DNA of 64,000 nt from Eledone cirrhosa (taxonomy: Eukaryota): assembly GCA_964016885.1 (NCBI GenBank), contig OZ024742.1, forward strand, positions 131,254,001-131,318,000, written 5' to 3'. Shown piece by piece: positions 13,291-27,505 of this stretch. The notes beneath the pieces are model-generated. The model was not told the DNA's origin, ran no database searches, and worked only from the letters and a program-made list of their open reading frames with translations. Position 1 is the first letter of the stretch. Each line of letters begins with the position of its first letter. Both the position numbers and the translations under genes were made by a program.

Positions 13291-14379
13291 TCAGAAATGA
13301 CTGGATTTCCTGGATTTGCGGTTGTAGTCCAGGTCGCATTCCCGCACTAGCCCCCAGATATAGTCCCCCCCCCCCATCATTTTTTCATTGTAGTGACCCT
13401 GGTACCTCCGCTCTATCTCTTTCACATCTTGGTAGAATCGTTCGCCTTGTTCTTCTGAGTAGGTGCCCATATTGTCCTTGAATTTTTCCAGGTGAGCGTC
13501 CAGCATATGGAGTTTAAGCGACATCCTGCATCCCATGGCGCCAAAAGCCTTTATCAGATCCTGCACCAGTTTCTGGTAGTTTTCAGCTCTGTAGTTGCCC
13601 AGGAAGCCCGTAACAAACTGCCTTGAAATAGTTCCATGCTGTTCTCTCAATCCTATTGAGCTTATTGGAGAACTCAGTAGACTCAAACACCTTCTTTATC
13701 TGAGGTCCAACAAACATTCCACCTTTGATTTTGGCCTCAGATAACTTGGGGGAAGAACTCAAGAAGGTACTTAAAAGCGGCTGATTCTTGGTTGAGAGCC
13801 TTCACAAACTGCTTCATCAACCCCAAATTAATGTGCAGTGGCGGCATGAGCACAATCCTGGGATCAACCAGTGGCTCCCACATGACGTTCCGGGTCCCAA
13901 CTACAAATTCTGTTCGCTGCTCCCAGTTCTTTCTTTTGTAGTGGTCAGAGGTGGCTCTGCTGTCCCAAAGGCAGAGGAGGCATTGGGAATTTGATAAAGC
14001 CTCCTTGGAGTCCAAGCAGGAAAGCCACCATCTTGAAGTCTCCAATTATTTCCCAATTGTACTGGTTGTATTGCAGAGCTTCCAAGAGGACTTTCACACT
14101 GTAGTAATCTTCCTTTAGGCAGACTGAATGAGCTAGGGGCAGTGTCGGGAACTTGTTTACATTGTGGAGGAGGACAGCCTTCAAACTTGTGGTGGAGCTG
14201 TCTATAAATAGCCGCCAGTCCTTGGGCACAAACGGCACCCCAATAACGTCAAACAGTCCAGGCACGTCATGGCAGAAGCAGAGGCCATCCCTAAGAGTGT
14301 AAAAGCCCGAGAAAGGTTCGTGTCGACTTCTCTGACTTGTCACCTGCACTTCCTCCTTGACCAAGTTCCACTGCTTCAT
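13291..14379 (-). mobile_element. Frameshifted DNA transposase, Chapaev3-like (CMC)
   Basis: WRLFIDSSTTSLKAVLLHN, GDFKMVAFLLGLQGGF, CLWDSR, PPLHINLGLMKQFVKAL, MSLKLHMLDAHL...SEEQGERFYQD split over three ORFs. Confidence 0.8.
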
Positions 14380-15102
14380 ACTGAAGACGAATGCTTAAAA
14401 CACAACTTACCCTTTATTCAGGGTGCGAAAATCCAGTATCAATAAATCTCTTTAATCCACTTTTTAACAATGTTATACGTTATTGCACTTTTATAATTTT
14501 CTTCAGGTATTACTCTTTATTTTATAATTTTAATTTAACCTGAAACATAAATAAAAAAAATCATTTAACATAAGCAAATTAAACTTACATACAACGTAAA
14601 ATCCAGCATACAAATAATTCTAGTGAATAGCTTAGAATTTTTACAAACACAAACTTTTAACTGTTTAATAGCACTTTTTAAAAATTTATTTGGGACCTAA
14701 GCAACACAAAGAAAAGTGATTACAAGCCAGGAACAGAGAAAACATTTTTTTTTGTTACACGGTGTTATTTACAAAAGCTGTTTCCACGACGTCCAAGGAA
14801 TAAAAATAGGGGAAACATTGTTGTACGATGTGTAGAATTTGAAAAACCTTCGCGTTGGCCGTTTCGCTATCTACTGTTTAATCATCGATCATGCCATGAA
14901 GTAAGGCATATCAATTTTGTTATATGCTATAGTATAACCCGTCAAACTAATATGTTAAATAAAGAAGTGAATTAAGATCCTAATACCTTCAAGTGAACAA
15001 ATTTTATCCAGCAAATTACACGGTCAAATACATTATGTTTGATCTACCGAATCATTTCGTAGATCAATACAAAGTTTAAGTCTTACATCATACCATAATA
15101 AC

Positions 15103-15870
15103 TGTTTCTAATTTAGGCACAAGGCCAACAATTCTGTGGGATGGGAAAGTCGAATAAATTGATGCCAGTGTGTTAGTGGTACTTTATTTTATCGACCCCG
15201 TAAAGATGAAAAGCATAGCTAACCCCGGCGGGATTTGAACTCACAACGTAACGGGTCGTACTTCCATGCCATAAAGCATGTTGTCCGACACTCTACCAAT
15301 GCTGCCTACCCACATCCTACAATAATAATGATATCTATTATAGGCACAAGGCCAGCAATTTGTGGTGAGGGGTATGTCAATTAAATCGATCCGAGTGAAT
15401 TACTGGTATTTATTTTGTCGACCTCGTAAGAATGAAAGGCAAAGCTAACTTCGGTTGGATTTGAAATTTGAACATAAGGTACCGTAGCTCCATGCCTTAA
15501 AGCATGTTTTCCGACGCTGTACCGATACTGCCAATTTATAACTTATAATAATAACGAACGCCAACAATAATCCCTCTACTGTGAAACCATATCTTTATTA
15601 ATGGTTTAAATTGGTGTAATAGAACAAAAGCTGGCTCTAACATACACACGAAAGCAGTTTTATGCAATGCACAGTTTAACATAATAATTGTTTCTACTTT
15701 AGATACAAGGCCAACAATGGTGGTGTGAATTGGCAGTATCGGTAGAGCGTCAGACACTATGCTTTGCAGCATAGAGGTATGGCCCTTTACGTTCTGAGTT
15801 AAAATCTTGGCGCGGTTAACTTTGCTTTTCATCCTTACAGGGTTGATAAAATAAAGTACCAGTAATAAAA
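15103..15870. mobile_element. SINE A cluster: two minus copies (15103-15315, 15335-15535) and one plus copy (~15720-15870)
   Basis: A box TGGCAGTATCGG, B box-like sequence and core motif. Confidence 0.85.
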
Positions 15871-17424
15871 TTAAGCATCTTAATAGCTCTATGAAAGTTC
15901 TGATCAATCAAACATTTGATGAAAGTTTATCCCACCGTGACCATCGCGTCTTCGTTTTAATCAGTCGACTACATTATTTAAGGCTTCTTTTCTTTTAAAG
16001 TCATAATTAAATTATAATTTGACGGAGAATTGGCTGCTATTTCTCACAGTTCGAACGACTACATTATGGCACCTTCGTATTCTGCAACGTAATTAAGATC
16101 TCAATACCAAAAGAATAATGAAGACACAGAACCGTCATTAAGAATTACGAACAATAAAACTTAATTAGTTTGTACGAAACTACCAAGAGACACAATTTCT
16201 GAAATATTATTTTCTAATTACTTTCTGGCTATCTTCTACCATCATTAATATGTGCAAATCCGGCGTTATGATACTGCTACAGAAAATCATAATTCATATG
16301 AAAATATTGAAACTGGTTAGAAACGACAAAATAATACCTTATTTTCTCTCAAGGTGCCATTATTATATTCCACATAAAGTCAGTAGATTAGTAGACTCTT
16401 TAAAGCCTTAGACAAATGGCCTTCTGTTGTTTGCTCCAGTACTTTGCATTCTGGTTTCAAATCCCACATAGGGCAAATCTTCTATTCTTCTTATCAGGGT
16501 CGAAAGAAGTGTTAGTTAAGCACTGGAATCGATTTACTCGTATTTTCCATTTACCAGATATTGCCTGCATTCTCCCTAAATTAGAAACCGTTATAATACT
16601 CAACGTTGAGTTATACATTATATCACATGAAATAAATTCTCCTTGGAAGTGGTAAGGGCTTAAATTCTGATTTATATACTTGGCTGAATGGTTAAGAAGT
16701 TCGCTTTGCAATCAGCAAGTCCTTGTATCGACACCACTGCATAAAATATTGTACCAGTGTCATTCACCATAGCCTCGGTTCAACAAATATCCTGTGGGTA
16801 AAATGGCGTAGACTGAAGCCATATGAAAACTGGTTGGCTGGACTGAACCCGTAATTCGAAGTGGTAGTCTAGTCACAGTGTCTGTCATACTGAATTCTTC
16901 TTCAGATCTACGTTAAGATACATATGTCTGTTGAATGCTTAGCCACTTACACGTGAAGTTCACAAGCAAGCAGTTCCGTTGATTGAACAAGGAGCTTTCC
17001 CATCGTCGAAAAGAGCGGTTCTTGTCGCTTAGCAACTCCATCTCGGTTCAAATCTCAACAGACCACATTTGATTTATGTACTTCACAGAATGGTAAAATA
17101 AATACACCACAAAAAAGAATAATACGATAGCAGAAGAAAATAATCGACTACATCATTTTCATACAAAATTACGCTGTGTATCTACTTTATCATAAGAAAT
17201 CAATAAATATATATTCATATGTAAAACCTCCGACACACAAACTCGGTACATTCAATAATATTTTCTCCAAACCCGCCCTTAAAATATTTGATTAATGACT
17301 GTGATACACCAACCAATGGTCTTTAAACAATTTATCAGACTTCAGACTTTAGTTGTTTCATAGATGAGGGTGAAACAGACAGAGACTAAGACGATTTGCC
17401 TTTCTGATGCATATATATATATAT

Positions 17425-17495
<71 letters not shown>

Positions 17496-17551
17496 TATAT
17501 TATATATATATATGTGTGTGTGTGTATGTGTGTGTGTGTGCAGTGTGTGTA

Positions 17552-17588
<37 letters not shown>

Positions 17589-17589
17589 G

Positions 17590-18145
17590 TTAAAAGGTGA
17601 AGGTGAAAATGTACAGAAATGCACAAAAGTACATTTAAAGATTATTTTTTCTTTAATAAATGAATATTTTGATAATCGATGCATTAAATATAACCGGTTT
17701 CGATTTGTATAACAATCTTATCAATTATTAGATATTAGTTGAATATTAAACATTAGAACACAAATGTTTTATTAGAAACAATTATCTATTCTGTGAGCAG
17801 TTCGAATATATGTAAGTCTTCTGTTAAAATATCTTATATATATATATTCTTTATGAAGGTTGAGGTGGGGGTCAAAAGTCAGCAATTCAATAGAATTCAC
17901 ATAGTTAAAAATAGAAAATGTTCTTACAATTCCTACTAATGCCAGGTGGCATATATGATGTGTGTGGGGGTTAGGGTGGGGTGGGGTATTAATGTGGGGT
18001 TCAGTAGTGTCCAAAGGTCTGTTTAGGTGTGGATATAGAATTAATCTTTTATCAAATGTGTCTGTGCGTGAGTGTTTACCCCTTGTATCAAGAGAAAAAA
18101 AATCGTTTTTAGGTGTTGTAGATAAATATAAGGATAACAATTAAT
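17590..18145 (-). mobile_element. Probable PLE 3' fragment with degenerate hammerhead (17697-17724)
   Basis: Minus strand TTGATAA-GATT-gttataca-AATC-GAAACCGGTT with palindromic stem III; ends at a CA/TA tract. Confidence 0.5.
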
Positions 18146-18299
18146 GAAAATATATGTATGAATATGATTGAAAGAGGTCATGGGGGTGTTGCAGAGGCTG
18201 GGTTCCTGGAGGATTTTAAGAAGAAAAGAAAGAGAAAAGAAGAGGGGAAAAGGGGGAAATTAATAATAATAATAATGATAATAATAAGAATAATAATGA

Positions 18300-19555
18300 T
18301 TTCATTTATTAGCCACAAGGGCCGACATGAAGGGGACAATACAAAGACAGGGACAGTGGGGGTTTACAATAAGGTCGAGTAAACGTGCACAATGGCAAGA
18401 CTAATTTAACAGGGAAAATATAAAAATATAAAATAAACTATGCATAAATATAACAAAATAAATTCCCCGACAGGGGGTGGACAACCCTGAGGTGATTCGG
18501 GTACCACACCAATCCTGAACCACCCTGCGCTTCTACGGCAGCCAGGGAGAGCACTCCTCTCCTCAAGTTAGCTAGCCTATAGGCGCATGGTCAGAGTAGG
18601 CCCATTCACACGACCCATTCTCGCCAAATTCACCCACCTTTTAGCAAATGTACTGGGGGACAGCACTTCTCTCTCCACCCTCACCTTCCTTTCCAGGTGA
18701 AACTTGAAGAAGTTGATGAGGGATTGGCCGAAGAAAAAAGTGCCTGTCTTTAGTCCTTTCAACCTGGTCCACCATATAATCTCTTTCGCAACTGCCACCA
18801 GACAGAGGAACATTTCCTGCTCTTCCTGACCTAAGGAAGGCGGTGGATCGATCTTCACTATGGACTCGGCCGATAGCCGGATTCGTTCTACACGCGACAG
18901 TAGCTGTTCGACATAACTCCACAAGTCAGTAATGCACGGACATTGGACAAGTGCGTGCAGAACGGTTTCGTCGTTCTATGCGCATCTTGGGCAGGTCCGT
19001 CTGACAGCACTTCCGTGCCTGTAGAGTTTATGCCGAACCGGCAGTGCCCCCCGGTAGCACTGCCAAGCGAGGAATTTCTGGAAATTGTCCATCGTCCCCG
19101 GATCAAAAGTCCTCCGGTACAGACTGGTCAGTTCGACTTTGTCGAGGCCCAAAGCTTCTCCGAGTGCGTAATCGCACTTTCCCACCACTAATCCTCTATA
19201 AACTCGAGAGTGGAAGTTCCACTGATCGCATTGCCCGCTTGGTAGAGGGCAGTGAGTGCCTAGCAACATTCCAGGTGCCAGTCACCCAGTCTCAGTCTCT
19301 TCTTGACCCAGGACTGCAGCTCGGTCAAAGAAATGAGCTGCGGAAAGGCCCGTCTGATAAACGGCGACCACACCTGTTCACCGTTGAGGCAGAATATCTG
19401 GAGATGTCGCAGCCTCAACGCATGTCTGCGCATCATTAGCCACGGCATGCCCAGCCCTCCGCGTAGAGGGTGTTGGCAGCAGATGGACCGCCTCACCAAC
19501 GGAACTTGTCCCTTCACAAGAATTTGAAGAGGAGCCGTTCCAACTTGACGAGGCG
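18300..19555 (-). mobile_element. Tx1/L1-clade LINE, 5'-truncated, copy 1
   Basis: RRSICCQHPLRGGLGMP; zf-RVT-like LAWQCYRGALPVRHKL...CPRC; (ATT)n tail. Confidence 0.85.
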
Positions 19556-19559
19556 CGAA

Positions 19560-20125
19560 TGATTTCTTTATTGGCCACAAGGGCTGACATCAAGAAAAAC
19601 ATTACAGACGGCACAGGACGGTACAGGACGGTACAGGACGGTACGATGTGGGTTTTGTGCGTGTAAAGATTTTTATTATTTATATAAAAAAGGAAAAAGA
19701 AAAGACATAGTAACGCACACATATATATATATATATATATAAACAATAAAAATGAAAATTGAAACAATGAAAAATTCCCCAATAGGGGGGGGGGGGAAAC
19801 CTCCGACGGTTACTCATGGCGAAAACCACACAAAAGACCACGGCCACCCTGACTACCAGGGCAAGTGCCCTCTCTCAATTTTTCAATTTCTCAAATTAGA
19901 GGCGTATATTCAGAGCGATCCCATTCTCTCGGCCCATTCTCGCTACACCACCCTCCTTTCGACAAACTTCTTCACCCTGATTTTCCTCTTCAAGTGAAAC
20001 TTGAAAAAGTTAATTAGGATTTCGCCGAAGAGGAAAGTATCTGTCTTTAACCCTTTCAACCTTGTCCACCACACATTCACTTTTGCCATGGCCACCGGGC
20101 AGATGAAAACCGCTTGCCCTTCCTC
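19560..20125 (-). mobile_element. Tx1/L1-clade LINE 3' end, copy 2
   Basis: Homologous ORF2 end and 3' UTR terminating TTGTGGCCAATAAAGAAAT. Confidence 0.75.
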
Positions 20126-20138
20126 AATAATAATAATA

Positions 20139-20171
<33 letters not shown>

Positions 20172-20174
<3 letters not shown>

Positions 20175-21780
20175 CTTTCTTTATTAGCTACACGGGTTTA
20201 CACAAAGTAAGATATTAAGGACAATACAGAACAATACAGGACGGTACAAATGGGCATTTCTGCGTGTAAAAAAAAACAGGGGATGTAACAAAAAAAGAAA
20301 CAATGAAAAATTCGCCAATAGGAGGGAGACTTCCGAGGGACATTCGTTGAGAAAGCCCATAGAAAGAGCCACGGTGACCCTGACCACCAGGGCAAGTGCC
20401 CTCTCCCAGTTTTCCACCTTCAATTTACAGGCACATACTCAGAGTAGGCCCATTCACACGAGCCATTCTTGCCTCTTTCACCCATCTTTCAACAAAATGC
20501 TGGGAAGAGAGCACTTCCCTCTCAACCTTGATTTTCCTTTTCAAATGAAATTTGAAAAGTTAATCAGGACATCACCGAAGAGGCAAGTGCTCGTCTTCAG
20601 CCCTTTCAGACGCGTCCACCATACTATCTCTTTCGCCATTGCCACCAGACAGATAACAACTGCCTGCCCTTCTCGGCTAAAGGAAAAGGGCGGGGCAATC
20701 CTCACGATGGACTCAGCTGATAACCGAATCCGTTCTACACGCGACAGCAGGTGTTCGACATAAACCCACAAGTCAGCAATGCTCGGACACTGGATGAGTG
20801 CGTGCAGGACGGTTTCGTCGGCGTTCGCGCATCTCGGACATGCCCGGTTGACGGCACTTCCATGCCTGTAGAGTTTATCCCAAACTGGCAAAGCTCCTCG
20901 GTAGCACTGCCAGGCCAGGGATTTCTGGAAGTTGTCCATAGGCCCCGGCCCGAAAGTTCTTCCGGAGTGTTTGGCTAGTTGATTTTCGTCGACGCCTAGA
21001 GTTTCCCCAAGTATGTCTTCGCTCTTCCCCTTCACTAATCCTCTATAAAACACCATGGTGGAGTTTCCACCGATCACATTGCCCGATTGGTCGAGGGCTG
21101 TGAGCGCCTGAAGACATTCCAGTCTCCAAGCGCTCGCTATCGGTCTTCGCTTGCCCTAGGACTGCAGCTCCGTCGAAGAATAGGTGGTGATATCGTAGAC
21201 TGATCGCGCGTCTGCGCATCTTCAGCCACGGCATGCCCAGCCCTCCAGGTTACGGGTGTTGACAGCAGATGGATCGCCTGACCATCGGAGCGTGTCCCTT
21301 CCACAAAAAGCGAAAGAGCAAATGCTCCAGTGCACTCAGGCGAGGCTTTGGACAAGGCATGACGGTCAGGCAGTAGTAGATGACAGACGCAATGTACGCA
21401 TTCGCCACCTCCGCTCGACCTTTCAGGGATAGCTTCCTCTCTGCCCGTCTCTGGGTGAGAGAAGCCACCCTGCTCGTCACCTCGTCCCAGTTTTGTCCGT
21501 CTGGAGGTCCGGGCCGAACCAGACCCCTAGCAATTTAACCGGTCCGTCCAGTCCAGCGACCGACGACGCTGTTTGACGGCATGGACCTGCCTCTCCAGGT
21601 GCCGAGCTGCAGGCCAACCGACTTTTCCTGGTTGATCATTCCTCCTATCACCGCTTCGTATTCTCTTAGTGTGGTGCCGATCGCCTCGATGTGTTTGACG
21701 TTCGATACCACTACGGTGACATTGTCCGCATATGCTGACACGGATCTTCGAATCCTAGTTCGCGCGGGACCCCCTCAACG
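20172..21780 (-). mobile_element. Tx1/L1-clade LINE, copy 3 (RT C-terminal part to zf-RVT)
   Basis: SAYADNVTV (YADD), KLSLKGRAEVAN, CPRCANADETVLHALIQC; (ATT)n tail at 20126-20172. Confidence 0.9.
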
Positions 21781-22139
21781 TCTCCAGTTTGTGCGATAAT
21801 ATATACAATAAAAAGAACCTAAAAGAATAATGGAAATTAATGTAGAAAATTGGGTGAGGAAGGGGGAAGAGAAAGAGATGATGAAGGAAGAGAAACGAGA
21901 GAAAGGAAGGGAGAAAGGGAAGGAGAAGTGGTCTTTAGTAGAGGTTTTCTTGGAGTTATGATTTTTTCTTTTGTCTTGTGATGTGTGTATGTGGATGCAG
22001 GTGGTTACATATATGTGTGTGCAAATTGGTTCTTCCCATCCATAGATCACTATTTATTGTCTAAAGAATAAATAATCTTTAAATATAATTCTGGGCAATT
22101 TTGCCTTCACTTTTGTTTCTTTAACCCCCTTTTTCAACT

Positions 22140-22490
22140 ATATCATTTCATCATATCATTTCATTTTACGTCCGCTTTTTCCTTGCTTGCAAGGGTGGGA
22201 CGGGAACTGATTTTTGGCTTGATTTCTACAGCTGGATGCCCTTCCTAACACCAACCTCATTTACAGTGAGTGGTGGGTGCTTTTTTGCAGTGGCACCTGC
22301 ACGACCACTTTGCAGTGGAATGATAGGAAAGCCAGTCCCTATCACCTCATTTCTACAGCTGAGTAAACTGGAGCAATGTGAAATAAAGTGTCTTGCTCAA
22401 GGAAACAACACATCACCCGGTCTGAGAATTGAACCCACAACCTTTCGATTGCAAGGCCAATGCTCTAACCACTAAGCTATGTGCCTTAAG
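22140..22490 (-). mobile_element. tRNA-derived SINE with family-B-like head and GGCATCCAGCTGTAGAAA tail
   Basis: Minus strand TAGCTTAGTGGTTAGAGC...GGGTTCAATTC; short repeat tail. Confidence 0.7.
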
Positions 22491-22657
22491 CGATTTTTGC
22501 TTAAACTTGAATCTGTTATTTGAATAAAAATATGCTAATAAGCAGATTTGACTGATCAGCCAGTCTTCTAATATGCAAATCAGGCCCATCAGTCACTGTG
22601 TATTTTTGATAATAGCATATATTTTCACTAACTCTGACAGTTTGGAAGATGAACAGT

Positions 22658-22707
22658 GAGCTGTACTGATGAAGGCAGATACCCAGAAACATTAGTGTCT
22701 GCAGTTC
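22658..22707 (+). ncRNA. Type I hammerhead ribozyme in a PLE-type 3' end (element ~22520-22842)
   Basis: Stem I GAGCTGTA/TGCAGTTC; CTGATGA; short stem II; GAAAC-ATTAGT-GTC, predicted cut after C22699; mutated copy at 37029-37078. Confidence 0.75.
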
Positions 22708-22841
22708 TGTTCGCATGCCAACATAAAAGCAAGAATGAAGTGTTCGTTCTCCTGACATGGCTATAAAATTGAGGCTTGTTTGCAAAATTGCAAACGAATC
22801 GAATGTTATTATTAATATTCGAAAAACTCAGATTACATTTA

Positions 22842-22909
<68 letters not shown>

Positions 22910-22952
22910 GTATGTAGATTTTGAGTATGTATGTATGTAGAGAGAGAGAGAG

Positions 22953-23409
<457 letters not shown>

Positions 23410-23825
23410 CTTAATTTAAGATTTAATCAATACATATAAAATATGCATTGATAATGTTTCTGGGTAAAAAGCTCAATAAACATTTTTTCAGAGCATCAAT
23501 AATATAATGTAATTTTACTGTAATCGATGGCGAACATTCAATATTCTCCGATTCTCCAAAACAGATCTGTCTATGATTGGATAGTAATGTTTGAAAGTAC
23601 AGCCATTTAAATATAACAAAACCTATATGTGAGTAAGATTTTTATATAACACGTAAATTTGTATTTAAATGTACATATCTTTTGCTACATATGTATATAT
23701 GTATTACATGCTAGTAGGCTTAGATACACAATAAATATTTTACATATGTATACACTCTGCATGCGCATAGAGTGCTTGATTTGGTACCAGTATTTAACCG
23801 TACTACCTACTAAATATATATATAT

Positions 23826-23968
23826 AAGTTATTCCCGGTTGAATCGGTGGTAACCACAGTAAGTAAGGTACTCAATACATAGCAGAGAATAAAAGTTTTA
23901 ATATAGAAGAGCTTCTACAGGAGTAGAATTGTTTCATTCGTGAGAAATCATCAGGGAGCTGGCTGTCA
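23826..23968 (-). mobile_element. PLE-type 3' fragment, same family as 10997-11126
   Basis: Reverse-complement match; CTGATGA...GAAAC at 23931-23954; TA on both sides. Confidence 0.7.
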
Positions 23969-24033
23969 AAAAAATATATATATATATATGTATATATATT
24001 TGAAAATGTGTGAGATCCTTGGTACAGTTAGGT

Positions 24034-25089
24034 ATATTTGAAATAAAAGGAAAAGAATGACTTCACTTGTAGTGTTAAAAACCTTTTGATGTGGATTGGC
24101 AGTATCAGTAGAGGGTCGGACGCCATGCTTTCTAGCATAGTTACGTCCCTTTACGATCTCAGTTCAAATCCCGCCGAGGTTGACCTTGCCTTTCATCCTT
24201 ACGGGGTCGATAAAATAAAGTACCAGTAATGCACTGGATAATTGCTGGCCTTGTGCCTAAAATAGAACCAGTTATAATATTATAATATTATGAGCTGGTG
24301 AGTTGGCAGTATCGGTAGAGAGTCGGACCTCATGCTTTGACGCAAAGAGTTACGGCCCTTTCCATTCTGAGTTCAAATCCCGCCGAGGTTAACTTTGCTT
24401 TTCATCCTTACGGGGTCGATAAAATAAAGTACCAGTAATGTACTGGATAATTGCTGGTCTTGTGCCAAAAGTAGAAACAATTATGAGCTGGTAGATCCAG
24501 TAAGTTCTTTGTTAACTTCGGTGGGAAGAATTTTAGAGATTCCTGGTTAACTTGGGTTGGAGACCTTTCTCGCATTCGTCTGTCTGTGGCGATTGTCAAA
24601 CTGAGATCAGGTTGTGTTGAAATGTGTGACTATATATAAGAGAGATTTGGATGTGTCTGGGGTGTGGCGTGTGGTCTTAATGAGCGTTGATGATGATGAA
24701 GGTCCGGAGGAATTAAAGTATACATACATACAGACATATGTGTATGTATACTTATGTCTGTATGTATGTATACTTTAATTCCTCCGGACCTTCATCATCA
24801 TCAACACTCATTAACACCACACGCCACACCCCAGACACATCCAAATCTCTCTTATATATAGTCACACATTTCAACACAACCTGATCTCAGTTTGACAATC
24901 GCCACAGACAGACGAATGCGAGAAACTTCTCCAACCCAAGTTAACCAGGAATCTCTAAAATTCTTCCCACCGAAGTTAACAAATAACTTATTGGATCTAC
25001 CAACTCATAATATTATAATATTATATTATAACATTAAATCATAAAAATTGTTTAACACTACAATTGAAGTCATTCTTTTCCTTTTTTTC

Positions 25090-25096
<7 letters not shown>
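24034..25096. repeat. Large inverted repeat; left arm interrupted by two SINE A copies (24090-24272, 24293-24483)
   Basis: 24481-24738 is near-identical to the reverse complement of 24753-25010; the match resumes at 24272-24299 and 24034-24090. Confidence 0.9.
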
Positions 25097-25157
<61 letters not shown>

Positions 25158-25192
25158 CATACATACATATATATATATAAATATATATATAT

Positions 25193-25598
25193 ATACAACA
25201 TATAGAGGGGAAAGACACAGAAAAGTGTGTTTTTCTTTACAGGAATTTCAGTTCTCTCTAGTAGTGCAGACAATATCGGCCTTCCACATTCTGTTAACCA
25301 AATAGGCCATATTGGAACCCACTAAAATGGCGAAACATGCTCCTGGTGAGTGAGTACATGTGTGATTTAGATGAGGTTGGTTTCTCATTTCAATTTATAC
25401 TTTTCATTTTAATGTTTTACCAATGCCTCTAGTAGCTTATATTCTCTTCACGCTGGTGGTTTGAAATACCTGTAAAGAAAAACACACTCTTCTGTGTCTT
25501 TCCCCTCTATATATTGTATTTAAAGTGCCCAGGAAAACTCTTTCCTTTGAGCCCATTTAATTACAGGATCATACGCGAGTCTTTTGCTCCGTTATCTT

Positions 25599-25602
<4 letters not shown>
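25193..25602 (+). mobile_element. TA-flanked element with 58-bp inverted arms (25193-25250 / 25462-25519)
   Basis: Direct arm comparison; degenerate GCCAT...ATGGC-GAAAC in the spacer. Confidence 0.6.
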
Positions 25603-25691
<89 letters not shown>

Positions 25692-25879
25692 GAATTTAGT
25701 ATATCTAACGATATACCATGTTTAATAAATAATCATTTTGAAAGCCCAGCTATGAATATTGATAAGCTGACAGCCAGTACCATCTAGCGGATTCCAGAAG
25801 AAGCAGCGAGAGATAACTGTCTATGAGCGATTCGAGCCTTTGGGCATATCAAGACAGTGCTTCCCTTACTCACTGTTGA

Positions 25880-26420
25880 AACCTAAAATGGCTCTTCTGA
25901 AATGACTCTTCTGCATTGGGGCCTTTGTGTAGCATCTTACCTTTAGTGAACAACCAGAAATCAGTAGCCATGTTTAGAGTGTACAGAGCTTGGAGAAAGA
26001 GTGAAATGCTTTTCTTTGGCAAGAAATCTTAGATCAGTTGCAAAAGATTAATTGCAAAACAGAGCGTTGTCAGGATGAATCCGCCAGTTTGGTGAAGTCC
26101 AGTAATCCAACCTATTGTGCTGAATTGCAACATGTAAACACCGAAGAGCCTCCTGATGTGTGACTGAACTTTGGATTCTTAAGTGCACCCATACACTCCC
26201 GTCCTCAGTCACCATGGCATTTAGCACCTCAGGCACTTTATCAGTAATAATGAAAATGTGACGACTAAGTAGTATTGCACTTTAAACGCTAGGTGTCAGA
26301 CTGCCTTTGGGGCATCCATCGATCTCACCAAAGTCCACGCAGGCGCATTTTTCATCCCTAACTTTATTACTTCTCATGGAAATAAAAACAACAAAGTCGG
26401 ATATGTTTTCGACAACCCCT
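25880..26420 (-). mobile_element. Decayed mariner transposase
   Basis: VTEDGSVW (VTGDESW), WRIHPDNA (LHHDNA), DFLPKKSISLFLQALYTLNMATDFWLFTK (PPYSPDLAPCDFWLFPKLK). Confidence 0.7.
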
Positions 26421-26581
26421 GGTCACTTGTTATATTCCTCTGAAGAAGAGATTTTGTCTCGAAATATCAGGACAGATAAATGAATAAGGTAACACATCTT
26501 GTTTGGATTTCTTATTTTCTTGTTCATCCATTTCACATTGTCGTGGCCTTCAACTTCACAGTCTCCTATATATATATATAT

Positions 26582-27160
26582 ATAAAATATTAAAAAAATA
26601 ATGAATAAAACAATGAAACAGTTCCTTATATTAAACAAAAAAAGTTCATTATTTAACGATCGTTTCTAGGATATATATGTGTTAGAATTGGCATGCATAT
26701 TCAACAGATCTATGTACAAAATTATACAAAATTATACAAACTATCAAAATTAAATATACATACCAAACACATATATATGCCGTCTTCAGAAATAATTATT
26801 ATGCCGTCTTCATTATTTCTGAAGACGGCATATATATGTGTTTGGTATGTATATTTAATTTTGATAGTTTGTATAATTTTGTATAATTTTGTACATAGAT
26901 CTGTTGAATATGCATGCTAATTCTAACACATATATATCCTAGAAACGATCGTTAAATAATGAACTTTTTTTGTTTAATATAAGGAACTGTTTCATTGTTT
27001 TATTCATTATTTTTTTAATATTTTATCTTGACTCTGTATTCCGTTTATCTTTCACCGAAAGTGATTTTTCATTGCATCTCTTCTTTCCATGATATCCGGA
27101 TTACATTGAGTTCTTCATACGGATTGGACACTACCGTAAACTCTTGGTAGATTTATCTAC
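26582..27160 (+). mobile_element. PLE-type 3' end with ~210-bp near-perfect fold-back
   Basis: 26582-26796 is the reverse complement of 26812-27026; long arm continues to a TA tract. Confidence 0.8.
26809..26963 (+). ncRNA. Type I hammerhead with long stem II
   Basis: Stem I TTCATTATTT/AAATAATGAA (10 bp); CTGAAGA; stem II ATATATATGTGTT...AACACATATATAT; GAAAC-GATC-GTT with palindromic stem III; mirrored on the minus strand. Confidence 0.75.
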
Positions 27161-27184
27161 ATATATATATATATATATTATATA

Positions 27185-27505
27185 TGCCAGGACATTTATG
27201 ATCATTTCCAACGAATGAAAAAGTTCTCATCCTTTAGAACTCATTTCTGCATGAAAGAAAGATGTATTATCGCTATTATTGTTTTGAGTATTTTATAGGG
27301 CATCTATTCTTAATTATGTATATATGATATACATGCCACGAGATGAGGGCCCAATTAGGCCCGAAAATCAATTAAAGGTGTTTACCTTTTTTTCTATTCA
27401 CAGGGAAATTGTTTTATTCTGGTACGTTTACATGACTACAAATTTTGTGTATATTTATACACACATTGGGGCGGTCTCGGTAACCCACTCTGTATACATA
27501 CAGAT
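27185..27505 (+). mobile_element. Two adjacent PLE-type 3' fragments with degenerate hammerheads
   Basis: TGATCATTTCCAACGAATGAAAAAGTTCT is related to 10998-11030; GAGATGA-GGGCC-caatta-GGCCC-GAAAA at 27340-27367. Confidence 0.5.

Noticed and set aside
26582-27026. Hairpins as MITEs or foldback DNA transposons
   Set aside because: Arms are asymmetric with one-sided tails, contain hammerhead cores, and the same families also occur without the inversion (23826, 63586)
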